Translations under genes and position numbers: made by a program
The notes under the pieces: generated by a model
What the model saw: the letters and a program-made list of their open reading frames with translations, nothing else
Told to the model about the DNA's origin: nothing
The model's database searches: none
NCBI GenBank assembly: GCA_963705105.1
Contig: CAVPIW010000007.1
Span: 224,001-288,000, forward strand
Direction of reading: 5' to 3'
Length of the DNA: 64,000 nucleotides
Source: an uncultured Nitrospiraceae bacterium
GTDB lineage: Bacteria; Nitrospirota; Thermodesulfovibrionia; Thermodesulfovibrionales; Dissulfurispiraceae
Part shown: piece by piece, positions 1 through 9,798 of the stretch
How positions within the stretch are numbered: position 1 is the stretch's first letter
How the letters are laid out: every line of letters begins with the position of its first letter

Positions 1-182
1 CAGGAAAGGACATAGTCGATGTACTCGTTTCCGTCAACGTCAAATATCTTCGATCCCTTTGCGCTTTCAATATAGAGTGGCGAACCGCCCACGGCCCTGA
101 AGGCCCGCACGGGGCTGTTCACACCCCCCGGCATGAGCTCAAGTGCCTGCCGGTAAAGTCTCCTCGATTTGTCCCGTTTCAT
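1..182 (-). CDS. hemL: Glutamate-1-semialdehyde 2,1-aminomutase, 5' part (runs off window)
   Basis: Manual translation [70 protein letters not shown] upstream. Confidence 0.95.
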   Translation of the reverse strand, partial: MKRDKSRRLYRQALELMPGGVNSPVRAFRAVGGSPLYIESAKGSKIFDVDGNEYIDYVLS

Positions 183-255
183 GGCGTCATACCTCTCCGC
201 TGATGTTTTTTTCCGACCCGCCCTTTTCCCGTGGCGCAAAGTCCTCTGTCTGCAA

Positions 256-446
256 CCCTGTCATCGCATACACACCCTCTGGAAAGGCGGGGTGCATGCG
301 CCGAAAACCTTGCTGCGGCGACACCTATAACGTCTCAGAAGAAGTCGTTTCAAGCCGATGGCCTGAAAAAGCCGGCCTTTTTCTGATACTCACACTGACA
401 CTGCTTTTCAGGGCGCTTCGCCCCGCCTTTTCACATGACTGCGCAG
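256..446 (+). mobile_element. MITE family A copy (left type 1 + short right module), diverged
   Basis: GGAAAGGCGGGGTGCATGCGCCGAAAACCTTGCTGCGGCGACAC ... CTCACACTGACACTGCTTTTCAGGGCGCTTCGCCCCGCCTTTTC. Confidence 0.85.
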
Positions 447-564
447 TCAAGTCAATGTATCACAGACATTTTCAGGATGTCAAAGCAAAGACCGTCAGGT
501 TTCTCCGGCCCGTCCTCTTCCCTGTGACCCCGACCAAGGTTTCCCAAGGTTACGATCGCCTAAT

Positions 565-891
565 CAGGAGTTGCGCGTCACGCGTTATCCTGTGGCTCCC
601 GCACAGCCATCGACATCGGCACGGAAAAAATACAAGACGGACGACAGACGATGGTCTTCCTATCCATAGCTTTCAGAGCCTTCTGGCCGAACTGGCAACC
701 CGATGCCGTAACCGATGTCGAGTACAATCGCAACCCGATACACTGACATTCGTTCAGCATACAGAATACAGTCCGTTACAGGAGAGAGCCATGCAACTAC
801 TGGACGTGTTGCCAGTATAAAAAACCTGACATGATGATTTCTATTTGCATATCATCAGGTTAGTTTGTCCCTCTGCTGGAACTTCGACCTA
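565..891 (+). pseudogene. IS1634-family transposase C-terminal remnant with probable right end
   Basis: YPVAPAQPSTSARKK / frameshift / TRRTTDDGLPIHSFQSLLAELATRCRN...SPLQERAMQLLDV resembles IS1634 C-termini; GGAACTTCGACCTA end-like motif at ~878-891. Confidence 0.75.
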
Positions 892-1193
892 AAAGTAGCG
901 GATAGTAGTCGCATTTAATTTTGGAACTGTGGAAAGATATTCCACATTATATGAGCATGTCGCGACGTAACCGACATGTTAACGCTCTTGTTATACCACC
1001 CAATAGGTCTAAAATGTTAATTTTGTCGTATAATTTGGGAACATGTTGCGACGTGTGCGTGCCAGGATCATGAATCATTGTTAAGATCGACCGGTCAGAA
1101 CGACACGAATACGCAGTCGGCGTTATGCCATAAGGGCAGCTCAGATTCGGGCATTATTATGATAAGCTTCTTCATGAATGCGCACCCAATTAT

Positions 1194-1755
1194 ATGCCGC
1201 TCTCTCTGAACGAGATGAAAGACCGCGCCCTTTCCTTTTCTCGCGAGTGGGAAGGAGAACGTACAGAACGCAGTGTGTCATGGATGAAGAGGGGTCAGCC
1301 CGCCGTCGCAACCTTGGTGCCCCCAGCCAAGCTTATTTGTTTTCGGCATGATATCGAGTAAAATGCACATGGCTTGGGTAAAATATGTCTGTGGTCGGAT
1401 CAAGAGTGACTATCGATATACAGGGCAAATCGTTTACAACAACTTCCCCTGGCCAGACAACCCAACGGACAGACAGCGCAAAGCTATAGAGCAGGCCGCA
1501 CAGGACGTGCTCGATGCCCGCTTTGCCCATCCGGATTCATCGCTTGCAGACCTGTACGATCCGATATCCATGCCGCCGGATTTACGGAAGGCTCATCAGG
1601 CCCTTGACAAGACTGTCGATGCCGCATATGGAAAGAAGTTCTTTGATTCGGATGCTGATCGGGTTGCATTCCTGTTCGAGCTATACAACCATTACACAAA
1701 TATGATGCCAGCTTCGGCAGAGAAAATAAAAAGAGGCAGAAGAAAGGAGACATGA
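1194..1755 (+). pseudogene. MmeI/YeeA-like type IIL restriction-modification gene with large internal deletion
   Basis: N-terminus MPLSLNEMKDRALSFSREWEGE (1194-) is joined out of frame to the C-terminal domain FGMISSKMHMAWVKYVCGRIKSDYRY...YNNFPWP...SLADLYDP...AHQALDKTVDAAYG. Confidence 0.85.
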
Positions 1756-1899
1756 TTACGGACAAGGAATAATCAGCGAATAGATGTACGGACTTCAATG
1801 GGGCGACTCTTAAGGTTTATGGCTTTATAATCCTAGGCGGCCCGTAGGGCATTCTTTTTAGACGGGTGGCAGACAAGTTATTATATAGAAGCGCAAGCC

Positions 1900-2256
1900 A
1901 TGAAACAGACGAACAAAGCGAAGAATAAAAACAAATATCTTTCTGCCGAGACGATTCTCGCTATGCTGAAGGAACACGCAGGCGACTTGAGGAAATGCTC
2001 TGTCATAAAGATAGGCCTTTTCGGGTCTTATGTTCGCGGTAGTCAGAAAGGGCGGAGTGATATAGACCTACTTGTGGAGTTTGACACATCGTCCTTCGGA
2101 GAGAATTTTGGAGGATATTTCGACACATACATGAGGCTTACTTTGCTGCTGGAAACTATACTCCACAAAAAGGTGGACCTCTTGACCAGCGAGATGATCA
2201 GCCCGCATATCAAGCCGTACGTCCTCAAAGAGGTGAAATATCTTGAAGGCATCTAA
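1900..2256 (+). CDS. Minimal nucleotidyltransferase (MNT/MntA-like antitoxin)
   Basis: GLFGSYVRG...SDIDLLVEF motif; overlaps downstream HEPN gene. Confidence 0.9.
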   Translation: MKQTNKAKNKNKYLSAETILAMLKEHAGDLRKCSVIKIGLFGSYVRGSQKGRSDIDLLVEFDTSSFGENFGGYFDTYMRLTLLLETILHKKVDLLTSEMISPHIKPYVLKEVKYLEGI

Positions 2257-2596
2257 ACCCTTTCTGATCCATATCGCCGAGGAGATACGTTATCTCGAGA
2301 AGAACTCCGCAAATCTCACCTATGACGATTTCATGCAAAACGAGACTTATAGGAGAAGTTTTGTTCGTGCTCTGGAAGTGATCGGAGAGGCTGCAAAAAA
2401 TCTTCCGCAGGGCTTCAGAAAGCGTTATCAGCAAGTCCCCTGGAAAGAAATTGCCGGCCTCAGAGATGTATTGATTCACCAATACTTCGGCATCAACTAC
2501 ATTTCATTATGGGACATTGTTAAGAACAAGATCCCGGTTCTCAGGGACCAAATAGCGGCTATCCTGAATGAATTGAATTCCGTTACAGAGAATTAA
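2243..2596 (+). CDS. HEPN/DUF86 (HepT-like) RNase toxin
   Basis: LEVIGEAAK...VPWKEIAGLRDVLIHQYFGI, RX4H motif. Confidence 0.9.
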   Translation: MKASKPFLIHIAEEIRYLEKNSANLTYDDFMQNETYRRSFVRALEVIGEAAKNLPQGFRKRYQQVPWKEIAGLRDVLIHQYFGINYISLWDIVKNKIPVLRDQIAAILNELNSVTEN

Positions 2597-2786
2597 TGCC
2601 TTCGGCGGGCGAGCCGCCATACAACAGCACATAGAGTAGCCCCATTAGATTCCCCTATACTTTGGAACAAGTTGCCCGCTTCCGCGGAAAAAAGATAAAA
2701 TATATAATTAACTGGCGGGGGGACAGTGTCGTTCCCGACGGCCACGATGCCCGCCGTGCGATAAAAAAAGCCTTGAAGGAGGATCT

Positions 2787-3257
2787 ATGAAAAGAATCAT
2801 TATCGTCGTCCTGATGCTGATATCCTTTGCCGCTGCAGCTTACGGCCAGGAGGCGCAGGAAAAGAAGGCACAGCCCGCTGCGCCGCAGGCGGGTCAGCAG
2901 CAGATGCAGATGTGCCCAAAGATGGGCGCAATGGGAGGACAGGGCATGCAGGGAGGTATGATGGGCATGCAGGGCATGAAAGGCATGAAGTGCCGGTGCA
3001 TGATGATGCAAGACATCGTCCCCATGATGAAGGAAGTCATGGGCATCCAGCAGAAGCTGATTGCGGGGGCGTCCGACACCGAGAAGAAGAAAATGTCCGA
3101 TGACCTTGCCCGGATGATCAGCCAGATCGACTCCATGAGCACCGGCATGGGCGGCATGGGGATGTGCGGCATGATGAACATGCAGCACGGCTCCCCGGCC
3201 GGCCAGGACGATCCTGCAAAGGCCGGCGAAAAAAAGATGCAAGAGCACAAACACTGA
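2787..3257 (+). CDS. Exported Met/Gly-rich protein, possibly Cu/Ag-binding
   Basis: Signal peptide, many MG/MM repeats, several Cys, C-terminal EHKH; GAAGGAGG RBS. Confidence 0.8.
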   Translation: MKRIIIVVLMLISFAAAAYGQEAQEKKAQPAAPQAGQQQMQMCPKMGAMGGQGMQGGMMGMQGMKGMKCRCMMMQDIVPMMKEVMGIQQKLIAGASDTEKKKMSDDLARMISQIDSMSTGMGGMGMCGMMNMQHGSPAGQDDPAKAGEKKMQEHKH

Positions 3258-3271
3258 GAATATCAGGCGAA

Positions 3272-3303
3272 GAGGGGGAAGGGGACATCTCCCCTTCCCC
3301 CTC
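3272..3303 (+). terminator. GC-rich hairpin after Met-rich gene
   Basis: GAGGGGGAAGGGGA-CATC-TCCCCTTCCCCCTC inverted repeat; no U-tract. Confidence 0.45.
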
Positions 3304-3380
3304 AACATCATACAGCAACACCCTGCCGTTTTGCGCAACGCTGCGGAGCGTCACGTCGCCGCACGCCGGAGGGCATCCCC

Positions 3381-5627
3381 GTGGAATCTTATGAATCCCT
3401 GATCCATGAACTGGCCGAATTAAAGGGCCTCGTGCCGGACTATTGGGACGTCTTCGGCACCAGGCACTTCACGACGATCGAGACGAAAAAGGCCGTCCTG
3501 AAGGCCATGGGGAAACGGATCGATTCGGAGGATGCGCTCCGGCAGGAGATAGAGGCGGAGCGGCGCAGGCCCTGGGACACCTTCATCGAGCCTGTGCTGG
3601 TCTTTACCTTTTCCGGTCAGCCCGTCACACTGTCGGTCTATGTCCCTGTCGCTGAGGGTCGCGAGCGGGAACTCGTCATCGCCTTCACTTTCCGGGACGA
3701 GCAGGACGGCCGTGACGATTTCAGCCTTTCGGGCGGCGACATCGTCGTGTCGGATCATCGATGGTTCAACGGTGTCAGGTATGCGAAGATCGGTGTGACG
3801 GACCGGAAAGTGAGGCCTCCGGGATATTACACGGCGGAGGTGTCCTGCAAGTCCCCTGCACTCGATCTTTCGGGGACGACGGCGCTGATCATCGCCCCTG
3901 AGCATTGTTACATCCCGCCTGAGCTCGAACAGGGCCGGTGTTGGGGGGTCTCTCTTAACCTGTACTCCCTGAAGTCCCGTCGCAACTGGGGCATCGGAGA
4001 TTTCTCGGACCTGATGGATGTCATTGGGGAATCCTCTGCGCAGGGATGCTCGTTCGTCGGGATCAATCCTCTCCACGCTATACCCAACAAGAGACCCTAC
4101 GGCGTGAGCCCCTATTCCCCCGTGAGCAGGCTCTACCGGAATTTCATCTACCTCGATGTGGAGAGGATCCCTGAAGTGCGCAAATCGAGACAGACCCAGG
4201 CGATCCTCCGGTCAAAGACGTTCAGAAAAAAAATCGAAGAGACGAGAGAATCGGACCTGATCGATTACAAGGGAATCGCCTCGCTCAAGCGGACCATCCT
4301 GAGACACGCCTTTGACGAGTTTTTCGCAGAAGAGCTCGGCGAAGGAGCGGTGAAAAGCCCCCGGGCTGCGCAGTTCCGCGATTATGTCGAGCGGGAGGGA
4401 GAGGTCCTCCAGTCCTATGCTCTCTTCATCACCCTCTGGGAATACATGAACAGCATCTGCAAAGTCTATGCATGGCAGGACTGGCACGAGGAGTACCGGG
4501 ACCCGTCCAGTGCCGCCGTCAGGGCCTTTGCATCGGAACAGCAGAAGGAAATCACCTTCCTCAAGTATCTGCAATGGCTGATTCATGAGCAATTGGAGCA
4601 GACGTGCGCTCATGGGCGGGACGCCGGCATGTCCGTCGGTCTCTATCAGGACCTCGCCGTCGGCTCCATCGGCGGGGGGAGCGATGCCTGGACATTCCAG
4701 ACCTGCATCGCCCGGGGCATCGAGATCGGCGCACCGCCGGACGAATTCAATCCCACGGGCCAGTGCTGGGGGTTCCCGCCGTCAGTGCCGGACAAACTGA
4801 AGGAGACGGGATACCGTCTTTTCATCGATACGATTGGCAAGAGCATGCAGCACAGCGGGGCCGTCAGGATCGACCATGCTCTCGGGCTCTTCAGGCTCTT
4901 CTGGGTCCCCGAGGGGATGACGGCGGCAGACGGCGCCTATGTGCGTCAGCCTGCCGACGACCTGCTGAAGATCATCGCCCTCGAAAGTGTCAGGAACAAA
5001 ACGATCGTCATCGCCGAAGACCTCGGAACGGTGGGGGAAGATGTCCGGGATATCCTGTCGCGGCACCGTATGCTCTCCTACCGTCTGCTGTACTTCGAAC
5101 GGAACTACCCTGATCCGTCCTTCACGCCGCCCGATCGATACCCAGATCTGGCCATTTGCGCCGTGACGACTCACGACCTGCCCACACTGCCGGGATACTG
5201 GACATGCCGCGATATCGTGGTGAAAAGACACCTCGGCATTTTGAGCGACAAGAGCACACAGCACTCCCTGGCCGAGCGGGAAAGGGACAAGGGACTGCTG
5301 CTCGTCACTCTCAGGGCACGGGGCCTCCTTCCCGGGGATTTCCCGGAAGATCACCGTCTCATCCCGGAAATGACGGACGAGCTCTGCCTCGGTGTTTACG
5401 AATACCTGGCGCAGACGCCCTGCAAGCTCACGGGCGTCAGCCTCGACGATATCGCAGGCGCCGTCGATCAGCAGAACATGCCGGGCACCGTGGTGACCTA
5501 TCCGAACTGGCTCCAGAAAATGCCCGTCCCTTTCGGCGAGCTCCTGGGAAGCCCGGTCTTCACTCAACTTGCGGACCGCTTTCGCCGGTCCGGGAGGTGC
5601 GTGAGCGCGGGAGAAGAGACGCGGTGA
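3381..5627 (+). CDS. malQ: 4-alpha-glucanotransferase (amylomaltase, GH77)
   Basis: GIGDFSDL, SPYSPVSR, DLAVG, GAPPD, RIDHALG, IAEDLG, TTHDLPT, QNMPGT. Confidence 0.96.
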   Translation: MESYESLIHELAELKGLVPDYWDVFGTRHFTTIETKKAVLKAMGKRIDSEDALRQEIEAERRRPWDTFIEPVLVFTFSGQPVTLSVYVPVAEGRERELVIAFTFRDEQDGRDDFSLSGGDIVVSDHRWFNGVRYAKIGVTDRKVRPPGYYTAEVSCKSPALDLSGTTALIIAPEHCYIPPELEQGRCWGVSLNLYSLKSRRNWGIGDFSDLMDVIGESSAQGCSFVGINPLHAIPNKRPYGVSPYSPVSRLYRNFIYLDVERIPEVRKSRQTQAILRSKTFRKKIEETRESDLIDYKGIASLKRTILRHAFDEFFAEELGEGAVKSPRAAQFRDYVEREGEVLQSYALFITLWEYMNSICKVYAWQDWHEEYRDPSSAAVRAFASEQQKEITFLKYLQWLIHEQLEQTCAHGRDAGMSVGLYQDLAVGSIGGGSDAWTFQTCIARGIEIGAPPDEFNPTGQCWGFPPSVPDKLKETGYRLFIDTIGKSMQHSGAVRIDHALGLFRLFWVPEGMTAADGAYVRQPADDLLKIIALESVRNKTIVIAEDLGTVGEDVRDILSRHRMLSYRLLYFERNYPDPSFTPPDRYPDLAICAVTTHDLPTLPGYWTCRDIVVKRHLGILSDKSTQHSLAERERDKGLLLVTLRARGLLPGDFPEDHRLIPEMTDELCLGVYEYLAQTPCKLTGVSLDDIAGAVDQQNMPGTVVTYPNWLQKMPVPFGELLGSPVFTQLADRFRRSGRCVSAGEETR

Positions 5628-6772
5628 CCTTCAGCGATGTGAGGAACATCCTCGTCATCAAGCTGCGCCACATCGGCGATGTCCTGCTGACCGTGCCGGT
5701 CTTCAGAGCCCTGAAAGAATCCTTTCCGCAGGCGCGTCTCACGGCCCTTGTCAACGCCGGCACCGAGGATGTCCTCCGGGGCAACACACTCATCGACAGG
5801 GTCATCGCCCTCGACCGGTCCGTGAAGGACCTCTCTCTCCCGGTCCGTCTCGTCCGTGAGACGGCTTTCATCGCCGGCATCAGGAAGGCCCGTTTCGACA
5901 TGACCGTCGATCTTACGGGAGGCGACAGGGCTGCCCTCCTTTCCCTGCTTTCCGGGGCGGTCTACAGGATCGGCTGGATGCCGAAGAAGGGATTCCCGGG
6001 AAAGCGTCGTTGTTACACCCATCTCTGCAAGCCTGACAGCACCCGGCACATGGTCCTCCAGAATCTCGACGTCGTCGCCCGATGGGGGATCGACACGGAC
6101 GATCTCTCCGTCGAAATGCCTGTCACCCCTGAAGACCGGGCTGCCGTCGATGCCCTGCTCGGACGGCACGGCTTCAGCAAAGACGGCAAGGCCGTCCACA
6201 TCCATCCCACATCGCGCTGGCTCTTCAAATGCTGGAACGACCGTTTCATGGCCGGCATAATCCGCCGTCTCCTGAAGGAGGGCGCGACAGTCATCGTCAC
6301 CAGCTCCCCCGACCGGCGGGAGATCAGAAAAGCGAAAGCGATCCTGTCCGCCGCCGGGCCGGACGACCACCTTATCGATCTCTGCGGCAGGACGACGCTC
6401 AGGCAGCTTGCCGCCGTCTCCGGGAGGTCCCGGCTCTTTTTCGGCGTCGACTCGGCGCCCATGCACGTCGCCGCCGCCACGGGCATACCGGTCGTCGCCC
6501 TCTTCGGTCCCAGCGGCGCCTTCAACTGGGGACCGTGGTACAACGGGGGATCGAGGAGAGAACTGGAAGCGGCGGAAGGGACTCCCTATCCGCGGAGAAA
6601 CGGAATTCAGACCTTCGGCACCCACACCGTCATACAGGAGGACTTCGAGTGCGTGCCCTGCGGCAGTGACGGCTGCCAGGGAAGCAAGATCAGCCGGTGC
6701 CTCGAGGAGCTCGGCGTCGACGTGGTGACGGATATCCTCCTGGAAAAACTACACGCCGGGGTTCGGCAGTGA
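5624..6772 (+). CDS. LPS heptosyltransferase (GT9, RfaQ/WaaQ-like)
   Basis: ILVIKLRHIGDVLLTVP, HPTSRWLFKCW, GVDSAPMHVAAA; GTG start overlaps malQ stop. Confidence 0.9.
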   Translation: MTFSDVRNILVIKLRHIGDVLLTVPVFRALKESFPQARLTALVNAGTEDVLRGNTLIDRVIALDRSVKDLSLPVRLVRETAFIAGIRKARFDMTVDLTGGDRAALLSLLSGAVYRIGWMPKKGFPGKRRCYTHLCKPDSTRHMVLQNLDVVARWGIDTDDLSVEMPVTPEDRAAVDALLGRHGFSKDGKAVHIHPTSRWLFKCWNDRFMAGIIRRLLKEGATVIVTSSPDRREIRKAKAILSAAGPDDHLIDLCGRTTLRQLAAVSGRSRLFFGVDSAPMHVAAATGIPVVALFGPSGAFNWGPWYNGGSRRELEAAEGTPYPRRNGIQTFGTHTVIQEDFECVPCGSDGCQGSKISRCLEELGVDVVTDILLEKLHAGVRQ

Positions 6773-7860
6773 TCACCGTCCTGCACACGGAATCATCGAC
6801 GGGCTGGGGAGGGCAGGAAAACAGGACCGTCAGGGAATGCCTGGGCATCAGGGACCTCGGGGCAAGACCGGTTATACTCTGTCAGCCCGGCAGCGTGATC
6901 GGCCAGAGGGCACGCGGCGAGGGGATCGATGTGAGGACGGTGCCGATGCGGAAGAGTTACGACATCGGCGCGGTCCGCTCCATCCTGCGTGTGATCGGGG
7001 ATGAGAAGGTCGACGTGGTCAGCACCCACAGCGGCAGGGACAGCCTCCTCGCGGGCGCTGCGGCAAAGCTCTCACGACACGGCCCCCGGGTCGTGAGGAC
7101 CCGGCATCTCGCCCTGCCCATCACCTCCCGTCTGTCCTATTCCCTCTTTCCGAACCGGATCGTTACGGTGAGCGAATCCGTGCGCCGTGATCTCATCGCC
7201 CGGGGGCTGCCGCCGGAAAAGATCGTCACCGTTCACACCGGCATCGACCCCGCAGTGTTCGATCCCGGCGCGACACGCGGCACTTTCCGTCAGGAGCTGG
7301 GTTGCCCTGAGAGTACACCTCTCGTCGTCACGAACGCCATCTTCCGCATTAAAAAGGGACATCATATCCTGCTCGAAGCGGTCCCCTTCGTCTTGAAAAA
7401 GATCCCCGAGGCCCTCTTCGTCTTCACGGGCAACGGCCCGCAGCGGGCGAACATCGAACAGAGAATCGGAACCATGGGACTGTCCGGAAAGGTCGTCCTC
7501 ACCGGCCTCCGTCAGGACATCCCGGACGTCCTCAGGTCCGCGGACCTCTTCGTCCTGCCGACGCTCCAGGAGGCCCTCGGGACGGCCATCATCGAGGCGA
7601 TGGCGATGGAGAAGCCCGTGATCGGGTCGAATGTGGGCGGTGTGGGGGAGCTCATCCGCGACGGCGTCAACGGGTTCCTCGTCGAGCCCCGGAACCCCCT
7701 GACTTTAGCGGAGGCGATCGTGAGGGTCCTTGGCGACAGGGACCTTGCCCTGTCAATGGGCAGGGAAGGGAGGAGGATCGTCCTTCAGCATTTCACTGTC
7801 CGGCACATGTGCGAAAAAATGTACGGGCTCTATGTGAGCCTCCTGGGAGGGAAAGCATGA
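6769..7860 (+). CDS. Glycosyltransferase family 4
   Basis: HTESSTGWGGQE, EALGTAIIEAMA; GTGA overlap. Confidence 0.9.
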   Translation: MITVLHTESSTGWGGQENRTVRECLGIRDLGARPVILCQPGSVIGQRARGEGIDVRTVPMRKSYDIGAVRSILRVIGDEKVDVVSTHSGRDSLLAGAAAKLSRHGPRVVRTRHLALPITSRLSYSLFPNRIVTVSESVRRDLIARGLPPEKIVTVHTGIDPAVFDPGATRGTFRQELGCPESTPLVVTNAIFRIKKGHHILLEAVPFVLKKIPEALFVFTGNGPQRANIEQRIGTMGLSGKVVLTGLRQDIPDVLRSADLFVLPTLQEALGTAIIEAMAMEKPVIGSNVGGVGELIRDGVNGFLVEPRNPLTLAEAIVRVLGDRDLALSMGREGRRIVLQHFTVRHMCEKMYGLYVSLLGGKA

Positions 7861-8666
7861 ACAGACCAGTTCCGGTGCTCATGTATCACCACATCAGTCC
7901 TCACCGGGGCGACACGGTGACCGTTACTCCCTACGTGTTCGACGAACAGATGGCCCATCTGCGGAAAAAAGGTATCCGGACCCTCAGGCTCGAAGAACTC
8001 CTGGCCCTTATCCTCGGGGACCTGACGGTGCAGGAAAAGGCCGTCGCAGTGACGTTCGACGACGGCTGGCTCGACAATTACCACTATGCCTTTCCGGTCC
8101 TGAAAAAACACAATGTCAACGCGGCGGTCTTTGTCGTCACCGACCGGGTGGAACGGGCCACCCGCACGATCCCTGCCGACGGACAGTCACGGGTGCCGAC
8201 GCACAAGGAGGCCAAGGACTTTCTCAAAAAGGGGGAAGACTTCAGGGTCTCATTGAACTGGGCACATCTCTCCGACATGACCGGGAGCGGCGTCGTCGAT
8301 GTCTATTCCCACACGAAGAGCCACGCCCGCTGCGACGAACTGTCTGCAGACGACGTGCGGACGGAACTGGCGGGGTCAAAGGACCTCATCGAACGCAGGC
8401 TCGGGAGGGATTGCCCCTTCCTCTGCTGGCCCTACGGCGCCTATAACAAGGAGACCGTCGCCATGGCGATGGAGACGGGCTATGAGGCGCTCTTCACTTC
8501 CCGCCACGGTGTTGCGGGAAAAGGTTCCGATCCCTTCGCTATCAACAGGATCGTCGTCAAGGACGGCGTGGCATGGTTCCGGAAGCGCCTGTCCGTCTAT
8601 ACACATCCGATCCTGTCGCGCTTCTACCTGGCCTTGAAAGGGAAGGGCAAAGCCGACACGTGCTGA
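7857..8666 (+). CDS. Polysaccharide deacetylase
   Basis: VLMYHH, TFDDGW, SHTKSH, CWPYG. Confidence 0.9.
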   Translation: MNRPVPVLMYHHISPHRGDTVTVTPYVFDEQMAHLRKKGIRTLRLEELLALILGDLTVQEKAVAVTFDDGWLDNYHYAFPVLKKHNVNAAVFVVTDRVERATRTIPADGQSRVPTHKEAKDFLKKGEDFRVSLNWAHLSDMTGSGVVDVYSHTKSHARCDELSADDVRTELAGSKDLIERRLGRDCPFLCWPYGAYNKETVAMAMETGYEALFTSRHGVAGKGSDPFAINRIVVKDGVAWFRKRLSVYTHPILSRFYLALKGKGKADTC

Positions 8667-8670
8667 CCTC

Positions 8671-9798
8671 ATGAGACTGCACCCTTTCGACTCCCTCCTA
8701 TACCTGACGCTTCGCCTGCTGAAGACCCTCGACAGGAGGCAGACCACGCTGGAGCACTTCGATCCTGCAAAGGTCAGGCGGATACTCGTCGTCTCCTCGA
8801 CGGCCATCGGCGACACCCTTCTTTCGACCCCGGCCATCAGGGCGGTGCGGCAGGAGTACCCGCACGCTCGGATCATCGCCCACTTCAACGTGAAGAACAG
8901 GGAGCTCTTCGAGAACAATCCCCACATCGACGGGATCATTCCCTACCACGGAGGGTACAGGCGCTTTTTCAGGACCGTCCTCGAATTCCGGAGGCACCGC
9001 TTCGATCTCGCCCTGATCTTTCATGGAAACGAACCGCAGGCGACCCCCATGGCCTATCTCTCCGGAGCCCCCTTCATCATGAAGATACCCGTGCCGAAAC
9101 AGTACGGCTTCCTCCTGAGCAACAGGACGAACTGTTTCAGCGACCCCTGGAGCCACCACGCCATCGAGGTGAGGCTAAAGACGGCTGAGCTCGCCCGGTG
9201 CATGTCTCAGGACAGGCGCATGGTGCTCATCGTCGACGATGAAGACAGGAGATGGGCTTCGGCATTCCTCTCCGCTTCCGGCGTCAGGCCCGGCGATGTT
9301 GTCATCGGTTTTCAGACAGGTGCGGCAACGCCGCAGAAGACCTGGCCGGAGCGATCATTCATCGAGCTGGGGAAGCGGCTCCTGGCGATGGACGGGCATA
9401 TCCGGATCATCCTGACGGGTTCGGCAGGGGAGCGTCCTGCCTGCGAGAAGATGGCCCGTGAAATCGGGGAGGGTGCACTCTCCGTTGCCGGCATCCCCAC
9501 GCTGAAACAGCTCGGAGCCCTCGTGGAGGCCCTCACCCTGCTCGTGACGAACGACACGGGGACCATGCACATCGCCGTCGCCCTGCAGACGCCGACGGTA
9601 TCTCTCTTCTGCCCGACGAACCCCCTCGGTGTGGGACCGATCCAGGACCGGGATCTGCATACCGTCGTGCACCGTGATAAACCGTGTTCTCCCTGTCATT
9701 CGAAGAAATGCGACGATCCCTTCTGCATGGGGCTCATCCCCGTTGACGACGTCTTCCAGGCCGTTTCCGGGCGGTTACATGCGCATCGCCCTGTATAA
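8671..9798 (+). CDS. Glycosyltransferase family 9 (heptosyltransferase-like)
   Basis: STAIGDTLLSTP, TNDTGTMHIA. Confidence 0.9.
   Translation: MRLHPFDSLLYLTLRLLKTLDRRQTTLEHFDPAKVRRILVVSSTAIGDTLLSTPAIRAVRQEYPHARIIAHFNVKNRELFENNPHIDGIIPYHGGYRRFFRTVLEFRRHRFDLALIFHGNEPQATPMAYLSGAPFIMKIPVPKQYGFLLSNRTNCFSDPWSHHAIEVRLKTAELARCMSQDRRMVLIVDDEDRRWASAFLSASGVRPGDVVIGFQTGAATPQKTWPERSFIELGKRLLAMDGHIRIILTGSAGERPACEKMAREIGEGALSVAGIPTLKQLGALVEALTLLVTNDTGTMHIAVALQTPTVSLFCPTNPLGVGPIQDRDLHTVVHRDKPCSPCHSKKCDDPFCMGLIPVDDVFQAVSGRLHAHRPV

Noticed and set aside
143..820. 225-aa ORF as a real gene
   Set aside because: Chimeric read-through of hemL antisense, a MITE and an IS1634 fragment
955..1056. Direct repeat CATGT(C/T)GCGACGT
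   Set aside because: Only two short copies with no assignable function
1090..1135. attC-like end (GCGTTATGCC) before the MmeI relic
   Set aside because: No convincing paired L/R boxes or matching inverse core by eye; single occurrence
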